DNA from: an archaeon
Lineage (GTDB): Archaea > Nanobdellota > Nanobdellia > Woesearchaeales > SM23-78
Direction: 5' to 3'
DNA: 64,000 nucleotides
Assembly: GCA_043801165.1 (NCBI GenBank)
Contig: JAZDMG010000030.1
Span: 1,025-65,024 of the forward strand
Shown in pieces: positions 38,701 through 46,349 of this stretch (the stretch's first letter is position 1; each line of letters begins with the position of its first letter). The position numbers and the translations under genes were made by a program. The notes beneath the pieces were generated by a model. It saw only the letters and a list, made by a program, of their open reading frames with translations. It ran no database searches and was not told where the DNA came from.

Positions 38701-39368
38701 TATTTGAGATGGCCTTTGAGCTCGGCTGCAAAGGAGCCACTGTCTATAGGGACGGCAGCAGGGACGAGCAGGTCCTCAACATAATGAAGGATAAGAAGCC
38801 AGAGGCTGCTGCTGCCGGAGCTGCGGATGCGATCCAGCGCGCGCTTGTGAAGAAGAAGCGGCCGATGGTCACCTTTGGAGCCACAAGGAAGACATTGACC
38901 GGTTGCGGCAACTTCTACATAACCATCAATCAGGATGAGAGCGGAGAGCTCTTCGAGGTCTTCAACCAGATGGGAAAGGCAGGCGGATGCGCAGACTCCC
39001 AGGCAGAGGCCATCGGAAGGCTTGTCTCGCTAGGCCTTCGGTCAGGCATCAATCCAAAGGAGATAATTATGGAATTGAAAGGCATAAGCTGCCATAGGCC
39101 TGCAGGGTTCGGACCCAACAGGGTGCTTTCATGCGCAGACGCGGTGGGAAGAGCATTGGAGCAGCACATGAACGAGATCGGCATAAAGCTCGCTCCTCCT
39201 GCGCAGCAGAGCGCACTCAGCAACTACACCGACCCTGGCAAGATGGATCTGCCGTCTGATCATGGAGTGCAGCTCACCGGAGCATGCCCTATCTGCGGAG
39301 GGCCATTGACCCATGTCGAGGGATGCGTCAAATGCGCAGCCAACTGCGGATATAGTGAGTGCAGCTAG
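35712..39368 (+). CDS. nrdJ: Adenosylcobalamin-dependent (class II) ribonucleotide reductase with intein and C-terminal TSCPD/Zn-ribbon domain
   Basis: [72 protein letters not shown]..EGC. Confidence 0.95.
   Translation: [1218 protein letters not shown]
36717..37877 (+). mobile_element. Intein with LAGLIDADG homing endonuclease (387 aa) at the thiyl-radical cysteine
   Basis: [10 protein letters not shown]...ATDDHRI...LGWLVGDG...[10 protein letters not shown]...[21 protein letters not shown]|CGEQ. Confidence 0.96.
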
Positions 39369-39403
39369 AATATTTTTTTTATATTTTTAGGGGGATCAAC
39401 GTA

Positions 39404-39931
39404 ATGGTTTTAGACAATGGCCTGATACACATCTACACAGGCGAAGGGAAAGGAAAGACAACCGCTTCTATAGGGTTGGCTGTGCGCGCAAGAGGCGCAG
39501 GGCTTAAAGTACTGTTCGCCCAGCTTTTCAAGGAAGAATGCAGCGAGAAGAAGATGCTTGAGAAGATAGGCATCAAGTATATGCAATACATTTCAAAGCA
39601 TCCTTTCTTCAAGAAATATTCTGATGCTGAGATGGCTGTTGAGAAAAAGAAATGCCTTGGATTTGTCAAGGATGCGTTTGATGCTGCCCAGAAAGAGAAG
39701 AGTGATATGCTGGTGATAGATGAGCTAGGACCCGCCATGAGCCATGGACTTATTTCGGCGGATGATGTGATTAGGCTTGTCAAGGCAAAGCATGAAAAGA
39801 TGGAGTTGGTGATGACAGGAAGAGGATTTCCTGCATCGATCGTTTCGCTGGCTGACTATGTCAGCGAGATAAATGCTAAGAAGCATCCCTTTGATAAGGG
39901 TGTCAAGGCAAGGAAAGGGATAGAATACTGA
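39404..39931 (+). CDS. cobO: Cob(I)alamin adenosyltransferase (CobO/BtuR/CobA)
   Basis: YTGEGKGKTTASIG, VIDE, ELVMTGR, ADYVSE, KHPFDKG..ARKGIEY. Confidence 0.93.
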   Translation: MVLDNGLIHIYTGEGKGKTTASIGLAVRARGAGLKVLFAQLFKEECSEKKMLEKIGIKYMQYISKHPFFKKYSDAEMAVEKKKCLGFVKDAFDAAQKEKSDMLVIDELGPAMSHGLISADDVIRLVKAKHEKMELVMTGRGFPASIVSLADYVSEINAKKHPFDKGVKARKGIEY

Positions 39932-39938
39932 AGGTGGA

Positions 39939-40220
39939 ATGATGGTGTTTTTTGTCCTGCTAGGAATCATTGATGTCTTTTTCGCTGTGCTCATGGTGCT
40001 GACGCATCTCGGGCTGCTCCACAAATGGAGGCTTGCCTTCATGGGAGCAGCGTACCTGATAGGCAAAGGATTCCTCCTGAGAGGAAGCTTCCTCAGCTTC
40101 ATAGACATGGCTGCAGGAGTCTATTTCATCCTGATAATGTTCGGCCTCAAGACATTCCTGGTCTACGTGTTCCTGGCCGTCATGATCTACAAGTTCATAG
40201 CGAGCTTGGTCATGAGATGA
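39939..40220 (+). CDS. Small membrane protein
   Basis: 93-aa hydrophobic ORF, SD AGGTG, 7 nt after cobO. Confidence 0.75.
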   Translation: MMVFFVLLGIIDVFFAVLMVLTHLGLLHKWRLAFMGAAYLIGKGFLLRGSFLSFIDMAAGVYFILIMFGLKTFLVYVFLAVMIYKFIASLVMR

Positions 40221-40308
40221 TGGTGCTCAGCTGGAGCATAATGTCTTTTAGGCATCGTAAATAAGCCTGCCGTCTTATTCTTAGCTGATTAGTAAAATTT
40301 ATATATTA

Positions 40309-40330
40309 CATATCAATACTTATTGATATG
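40309..40330. promoter_or_regulatory. ArsR/SmtB operator
   Basis: Perfect 10-2-10 inverted repeat CATATCAATA-ct-TATTGATATG between TATA box and arsR ATG. Confidence 0.75.
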
Positions 40331-40588
40331 AATTCTGATATTTACATCTTCAAGGCTTTGGGTGAGGAGACCAAGCACAAGATATTGAAAGCCCTGCTTC
40401 ATGGCGAGCTGTGCGCCTGTAAGATCCCTAAGATGATAGGCAGGACGCAGCCCAACTGCTCGATGCACCTTGCAAAACTCGTGAAGTGGAACCTTATCAA
40501 GTTCAGGCGCGATGGGAAGATGATACTCTATTCGATAAAAGAAAAAAGAGTGGCTGATGTGTTCAGGCTGCTTGAGAAGAACGGATAG
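40328..40588 (+). CDS. arsR: ArsR/SmtB family transcriptional regulator
   Basis: FKALG, ELCACK, SMHLAKL, RRDGK.I.Y. Confidence 0.88.
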   Translation: MNSDIYIFKALGEETKHKILKALLHGELCACKIPKMIGRTQPNCSMHLAKLVKWNLIKFRRDGKMILYSIKEKRVADVFRLLEKNG

Positions 40589-40596
40589 GTGATGAT

Positions 40597-40824
40597 ATGA
40601 AAATCGAAGTTTTAGGCTCAGGATGTTCGAAGTGCAAGATGCTTGAGGCAAACGCACGAAAAGCATTGGAAGAGATTGGGAAGAAAGCAGAGGTTGTCAA
40701 AGTCACAGAGATGGATAAGATAATCGCATACGGCGTCATGTCAACGCCTGCTTTGGTGATTGACGGCAAGGTAAAATGCTATGGAAGGATCCCGGATGTC
40801 AAAGAGATAAAGAAGTGGATGTAA
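40597..40824 (+). CDS. Small thioredoxin-like protein (MTH895/ArsE family)
   Basis: IEVLGSGCSKC, YGVMSTPALVIDG. Confidence 0.88.
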   Translation: MKIEVLGSGCSKCKMLEANARKALEEIGKKAEVVKVTEMDKIIAYGVMSTPALVIDGKVKCYGRIPDVKEIKKWM

Positions 40825-41805
40825 ATGGACATATTCTATCCTATACAATGGTTCGCTAATTTGATCAGTTATAACTGGCTGAATCTCGGTAAAGAATCAT
40901 ATCTTGGGAGCGCAGCCAATTTTTTCATATACGACCTGATAAAGATCGGAATCCTGCTGATATTGATCAATTATTTCATGGCATTGGTGAGATATTTCTT
41001 TCCCATGGAAAAGGTAAGGGATATCCTTACAAAAAGGCGTTGGTTTGGCCTTGACTATCTGTTCGCAGCCCTGCTTGGCGTAGTCACGCCATTCTGCTCA
41101 TGCTCCTCGATACCATTATTCATCGGATTTGTCGGGGCAGGGATCCCCCTGGGGATAACATTCGCATTCCTCATCGCTTCGCCTCTGATAAATGAGGCAT
41201 CACTCTATCTTTTTCCCGCGATGTTTGGGATCAAGGTCACATTGATTTACAACATCCTAGGGATAACCATTGCTGTTCTTGGAGGGATGCTAATTCAAAG
41301 GCTGCATCTTGACAAATATGTGAAACAAGAATTGCTTAAGATAAAAACAAGAGCTCAAGTGGAGAAAGAAAACGGAGGGAATCATCTATCATTCAAAGAG
41401 CTTGCCAAATACTGGTGGCAAGATGGCTGGTCAATAACAAGACAGGTCTTTCCGTATATAGTCCTAGGCGTAGGCATAGGCGCATTGATACATGGCTTTA
41501 TTCCCGCAAGCTTTGTCGAGCAATACTTGTCCTCAAAAGCATGGTGGGCGGTACCCTCGGCAGTATTATTTGGCGCCCCGCTCTATGCGAATTCAGTGAG
41601 TGTCATCCCTGTCATGGAAGCCCTTGTCGGGAAAGGAGTGCCTCTCGGAACAGCACTGGCATTCATGACCTCTATCGTGACTGTATCAATCCCTGAATTG
41701 TTGATATTAAAAAAGGTCATGCGTTGGCAATTATTGGCACTATTCGTAGGCATCACCCTCAGCGGGGTAATAATTATGGGCTATATATTGAATGCGGTTT
41801 TATAG
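40825..41805 (+). CDS. arsP: ArsP (DUF318) permease
   Basis: TPFCSCSSIPLF, FLIASPLINE, GKGVPLGTALAF, SIPE. Confidence 0.9.
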   Translation: MDIFYPIQWFANLISYNWLNLGKESYLGSAANFFIYDLIKIGILLILINYFMALVRYFFPMEKVRDILTKRRWFGLDYLFAALLGVVTPFCSCSSIPLFIGFVGAGIPLGITFAFLIASPLINEASLYLFPAMFGIKVTLIYNILGITIAVLGGMLIQRLHLDKYVKQELLKIKTRAQVEKENGGNHLSFKELAKYWWQDGWSITRQVFPYIVLGVGIGALIHGFIPASFVEQYLSSKAWWAVPSAVLFGAPLYANSVSVIPVMEALVGKGVPLGTALAFMTSIVTVSIPELLILKKVMRWQLLALFVGITLSGVIIMGYILNAVL

Positions 41806-41816
41806 GAGGATTACCA

Positions 41817-42281
41817 ATGCGAAATGACAAAAAGATCATGGCATTGTTGATTTTAATCACAGCGATAGCTTTGGCAGGATGTAATCCTGATGTTGCCAGC
41901 CAAAATCTAGGGAAAACAGCACCTTCAAACACGACGGTAGAAAAGATTGAGATATACCATTTCCACGCTACACAGCAATGCTATTCCTGCAAAACAGTAG
42001 GAGCGTATGCTGAGGAGACGGTCAGCCTTTTCTTCTCTGAACAGAAAAAATCAGGAAAAATCGTTTTTGACCACATCAACATCGACCTGCCTGAGAACGC
42101 TGAGCTTGCCAAAAAATATGGCGTCACAGGATCTTCGCTCTGGATAGGAGTATATGACTCTTCAGGCTTTCATAAAGAAGAAAATACTCAAGTATGGTAT
42201 AAGATAGATAATAAAGACAACTACCTTTTATACCTGAAGCTCATTATTGATAAAAGATTGAACGGAGACTACACTCAATGA
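41817..42281 (+). CDS. ArsF-family thioredoxin-fold exported protein
   Basis: Lipobox-like LAGC; YHFHATQQCYSC; KYGVTGSSL. Confidence 0.75.
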   Translation: MRNDKKIMALLILITAIALAGCNPDVASQNLGKTAPSNTTVEKIEIYHFHATQQCYSCKTVGAYAEETVSLFFSEQKKSGKIVFDHINIDLPENAELAKKYGVTGSSLWIGVYDSSGFHKEENTQVWYKIDNKDNYLLYLKLIIDKRLNGDYTQ

Positions 42282-42988
42282 GCCTAATGTCGTTCATGGG
42301 ATCAATGGGCACAAGCAGCATCCCCTTATTGGCTGCATTCTTCATAGGCTTAATGACTGCAATAAGCCCATGCCCGCTCGCCACTAATATAACAGCAATC
42401 GCATATATCTCCAAGAGGCTGGATAACAGCAAGCATACGGTGCTTGTCGGGTTGTTTTATACCCTTGGAAGGATGCTTACTTACGTCACCATAGCAGCTC
42501 TCATAGTCTGGTTTGGCCTGAACATGCAGTTCATCGCATTAGGGCTTCAGAAATACGGTGAAAAGCTGCTCGGGCCGCTGCTTATAATCATCGGAATATT
42601 CATGCTTGATGTAATCAGGGTTAATGCTCTCAAAAGCAACCCGAAGCTCGAAGCAATCAAGGAAAAGCTTTCAAGAAAAGGCTTGCTAGGAAGCTTCCTC
42701 CTAGGTGTGTTGTTCGCCTTGGCATTCTGCCCTTTCAGCGCAGTGCTGTTCTTTGGCATGTTGATCCCTTTAGCTATAAAGATGGGTGACGGGCTGTTAA
42801 TCCCGGCAGTGTTCGCGTTCGCAACAGGACTGCCAGTCATAATACTATCATTCATATTGGTGCATAGCCTATCAAAACTGAGCAAGGTAATGAACAAAAT
42901 ACAGCAGATAGAGAATACAGTGCAGAAGGTTGTAGGAGCAGTGTTTATAATCGTAGGGGCCTATTATTTATGGATAGGCTATTTCTGA
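42278..42988 (+). CDS. ArsG-family (CcdA/DsbD-like) membrane protein
   Basis: TAISPCPLATNI, YTLGR, FALAFCPFS, ATGLPVI. Confidence 0.8.
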   Translation: MSLMSFMGSMGTSSIPLLAAFFIGLMTAISPCPLATNITAIAYISKRLDNSKHTVLVGLFYTLGRMLTYVTIAALIVWFGLNMQFIALGLQKYGEKLLGPLLIIIGIFMLDVIRVNALKSNPKLEAIKEKLSRKGLLGSFLLGVLFALAFCPFSAVLFFGMLIPLAIKMGDGLLIPAVFAFATGLPVIILSFILVHSLSKLSKVMNKIQQIENTVQKVVGAVFIIVGAYYLWIGYF

Positions 42989-43056
42989 GAATGCCAATGA
43001 GAGCGTTGTGAAAAAAAAGAAAAAGACCTGACGCTGAGGGGCTGGGCTTTGCTTGT

Positions 43057-43299
43057 CTATCTTTGGGGGAAAGGTTTTGCAATGGTGCTGCTCCTGGCCT
43101 TTTTCCTTGCCAGGAAGAACTCTTGTTCTGATTCGCTAAGGCCTGCCAGGTGCGCTGGCAAGTCTTCTGAGCCCTGCCGCCTCGTCATCAGTCTAAACTT
43201 GGAGGTGCTATCAATATGGAAAGGATCGTCATAGGTCAGCTCTTCGGAGCCGGCGCTGGTCTGCGCCGCCCATCCGTTGGATTCGTCGTATGCGATCAT
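43057..43299 (-). CDS. Small hypothetical protein
   Basis: About 80-aa ORF with a TATA-like element upstream; no motif. Confidence 0.35.
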   Translation of the reverse strand: MIAYDESNGWAAQTSAGSEELTYDDPFHIDSTSKFRLMTRRQGSEDLPAHLAGLSESEQEFFLARKKARSSTIAKPFPQR

Positions 43300-43406
43300 T
43301 TTCAACAGTCTTTAGGTGAAGCCTTTTTAAATACCCTGTGAAGAGCCAATCCTTATTTCAAATCCACAACCTTTTTAAACTGATTTCGCCATTTTACCAC
43401 TATAAT

Positions 43407-44114
43407 ATGGTCTACTGGTCTGATTTTGTCTTTAGCCCGCCGGGATTCTATGGCAAGGACATAGCTATAGATGTGCTCAGCGCAGTGGTCGTGCTGCTCA
43501 TAGGGCTCTTTGTCTTCAGGAACTTCCTTCTTGACAAGGAGAACAAGAAGCACCTTTTCATGTCTGCAGCATTCATGCTGCTGGGGCTGTCTTTCATAGT
43601 CAAGGTATTGACCAATGTGATGACCCACTATGAAGGGCTGACCGGGAAGGAATGGGTTATATCAATCATGGGAGCCCAGCTCACGCAGACATATTCTGTC
43701 CTCACAGCCATCGGCTTCCTGCTCTACGCCACCCTGACATTGTTCGGCTTCTACCTTCTCTATGCCCTCTCATCAAAGGACAGGCTTTCCATGAACTATG
43801 TGATCATAGCCTATTTCATATTGGTGACAACCTACTTCACAAGGTTCAACTATTTCCTGATATACCTCACTGCCTTTGTGTTCCTGATGTCATTGACGCG
43901 GCGCTATCTTGTGTCCTATCTTGAGACCAAATACAGGAACACCCTGATGCTGACCATAAGCTTCGCGTTGATATCAATAAGCCAGCTGGCCTTCATATTC
44001 ACGATATCAAATCACGCGCTCTATGTGGCGGCCGAGGTAATACAGCTGGTCGGCTACCTGTTCCTTCTATATACGTTTGTCATGGTGTTGAGGAATGCAA
44101 GGAAAAAGAAGTAG
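43407..44114 (+). CDS. 7-TM membrane protein (sensor-like)
   Basis: Seven hydrophobic segments; overlaps downstream wHTH gene. Confidence 0.8.
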   Translation: MVYWSDFVFSPPGFYGKDIAIDVLSAVVVLLIGLFVFRNFLLDKENKKHLFMSAAFMLLGLSFIVKVLTNVMTHYEGLTGKEWVISIMGAQLTQTYSVLTAIGFLLYATLTLFGFYLLYALSSKDRLSMNYVIIAYFILVTTYFTRFNYFLIYLTAFVFLMSLTRRYLVSYLETKYRNTLMLTISFALISISQLAFIFTISNHALYVAAEVIQLVGYLFLLYTFVMVLRNARKKK

Positions 44115-44367
44115 GATCGAAATAATATATGACATGCTTCTCACGATAAGCAATAAGGGAGGCCGCATTAAGCCGACCCATCTGATGTACAAGGCAAACC
44201 TCTCCCACAACCAGATGAAGCTCTACCTTGATGAGCTAATGGCAAAGAATTTCATCGAGGAAGAGGCAAAGGAAGAGAGGAAGATACTAATAATAACAGA
44301 CAAGGGCTTTGCCTTCATCCAGCAGTTCAACCAGATGAAGGAATTCGAGAAGACATTCGGGCTGTGA
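44095..44367 (+). CDS. Winged-helix transcriptional regulator (HTH_45-like)
   Basis: KRSRIEIIYDML, PTHLMYKANLS, YLDEL, ITDKG. Confidence 0.88.
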   Translation: MQGKRSRIEIIYDMLLTISNKGGRIKPTHLMYKANLSHNQMKLYLDELMAKNFIEEEAKEERKILIITDKGFAFIQQFNQMKEFEKTFGL

Positions 44368-44955
44368 TTATCTCTTTAATTCCTTAAATTTCTCTATCAC
44401 TCTAAATATTTGCGTAGATGGATTGCTTTCTCTACATAGAATTTTGTCATGTGTTTTATTAATTCGTTTAGCGTTTATAATGGCCTCTTTAATTTTTGAT
44501 TCTGTTTTATCGTAGATATCTTTATCATTTTTTTTATATCCTGAAATCTGTTTTTCCAATTTTGCCGTTAGATTTTCTTTTTCAAATCTATTCGAATAGT
44601 AACCGAAATGACTCAAAATCCAATATTCAAAAGATGGATTTGAAAAAATTATTTCGATTCCATTCTCCTTCGCGATTTTTTCCGCATGACTAAACTCATC
44701 GTTAGAGTTCGCATCTCTGTCAAAAATACAATAGATTATATCTTCTTTGAGAAAATCCCGCGTGTGTGTTTGTTTATATCGGCAGATATGATTCACAAGA
44801 CCAATCGCATTCTTTTGTTCCGAAGTATTAATTTTTACATTAAAAAGAATTCTTTCTTTTGCCTTTAATCTTTGAAAGTAATATATTTCTGTTTTTTCTC
44901 CTTCGCAGAAGATCCATATCGTTTTTATGGATTTTCTCCCTTCTTTTCGTACCAT
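44368..44955 (-). CDS. RloB-family TOPRIM protein (AbiLii-like)
   Basis: IFCEGEKTEIYYF, IFDRD, SNPSFEYWILSHF, NPSTQI; very AT-rich. Confidence 0.9.
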   Translation of the reverse strand: MVRKEGRKSIKTIWIFCEGEKTEIYYFQRLKAKERILFNVKINTSEQKNAIGLVNHICRYKQTHTRDFLKEDIIYCIFDRDANSNDEFSHAEKIAKENGIEIIFSNPSFEYWILSHFGYYSNRFEKENLTAKLEKQISGYKKNDKDIYDKTESKIKEAIINAKRINKTHDKILCRESNPSTQIFRVIEKFKELKR

Positions 44956-44956
44956 T

Positions 44957-46183
44957 TTAATCAAACAACGTCTCATCTATAAATGGAAGGCCCCCGATTC
45001 TTCCGTTCAGATAAGCTCTTTCAAAATCTGTTTCTTGCCGCAAATTAAAATCAGAGAAATAAGCTAATTCTGTACTTTGATTTGGTTCTTTTGAAACTAT
45101 AATTATTTGATCTTTTCTAAATAGTTCGTTATCTAACATATTAGTATTATGTGTTGTAAAAATCAGTTGAGCGTTCTTGTTTTTCTTATTATTGAATAAT
45201 TTGACGATTAGTTTAGTGATTTCCGGATGCAAACTCGCATCTAGTTCATCCATAAATAATGTTTTTCCCTTTTCGAGTATATCTATTATTGGTCCAAGAA
45301 GAGATAGTGTTCTTTGAGTTCCAAGCGATTCTTCGTTAAAGTTTAATTCAACGGAGGTCATACTAGAATCTATCTTTTTATGTGAAAATTTGATATCATA
45401 GAAATCGTTTTCAATATCTCTACGTGAAACGGCATCTTTTTCGATCTTAACTTCAGTCCCTTTCCTTTTTTCTTTATTTATTTTTATATCTGTTATCCCG
45501 CCGAAATCCGCTTTTTGTAGAATAGTTAATATCTGTTTTTTTAATTGCGGTGTTTCATACATCTTTACAATAGTATAGTCGCTCCAACTTGGAGCATAAT
45601 TAAGGACCACATTAGAAAGAAAGAATTCGTATATTTTCTTTGTTTGTTCATATCCCAATTGGGTGGCTCTTGATAAGAAAAGAGTGTTATCAAGAGTTTG
45701 TTTTTTAATTGATTTTTGTTTAGGTTTATCTTTATTAAAAGTATAGTTTTTAGTGTTTTTTCTTCTAAAAATCAAGGCCAACCGGCCTTTTGGACTATGA
45801 AATAGATATTCATCAACTATTTTGGTATTTGTACATGAGAATCCGTATTTATAGGTAATTCCTTCGTGAATAAAATTAATCTCAAAGACACTAGGTCTTT
45901 TTTCTGAATCAGAGTCCAATTTGAAAGGAATTCGATTGATTTTTGTGTCTACAGTATAAGTATGTGATTTAGTAATCATCTCCCACATGAAGAAAATTGC
46001 TTTTAAAATATTAGATTTGCCCGAGGCGTTAGCTCCATATATTGCCACAGATTTTAATAAATTCTTTTTGTTATCTATCTTAATTACATTATCTAAAAGT
46101 TTTTTAGATGTGGTTGCTTCTAAACTTAAAGTTATTTTTTCCCTTATTGACATAAAGTTTTCGACACTGATATTTGTTATCAT
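44957..46183 (-). CDS. ABC-type AAA_21 ATPase (RloA/AbiLi-like)
   Basis: YGANASGKSN, ESLGTQR, MDELDASLHP, QLIFTTH, YLNGRIGGLP. Confidence 0.9.
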   Translation of the reverse strand: MITNISVENFMSIREKITLSLEATTSKKLLDNVIKIDNKKNLLKSVAIYGANASGKSNILKAIFFMWEMITKSHTYTVDTKINRIPFKLDSDSEKRPSVFEINFIHEGITYKYGFSCTNTKIVDEYLFHSPKGRLALIFRRKNTKNYTFNKDKPKQKSIKKQTLDNTLFLSRATQLGYEQTKKIYEFFLSNVVLNYAPSWSDYTIVKMYETPQLKKQILTILQKADFGGITDIKINKEKRKGTEVKIEKDAVSRRDIENDFYDIKFSHKKIDSSMTSVELNFNEESLGTQRTLSLLGPIIDILEKGKTLFMDELDASLHPEITKLIVKLFNNKKNKNAQLIFTTHNTNMLDNELFRKDQIIIVSKEPNQSTELAYFSDFNLRQETDFERAYLNGRIGGLPFIDETLFD

Positions 46184-46349
46184 GTGAGTTAGAAATACTG
46201 TTTTATTTATAAATTTATTGGTTAATTTTGCATTTTTTATGCAAAATCATACATTAAAATGCCATTTCTGGCGATTTATTATTATATACTTGCTGAGGAC
46301 TACAATTTCACTAAACTTATAAATAGCCATCCATCCTTTTAAGGAGATA

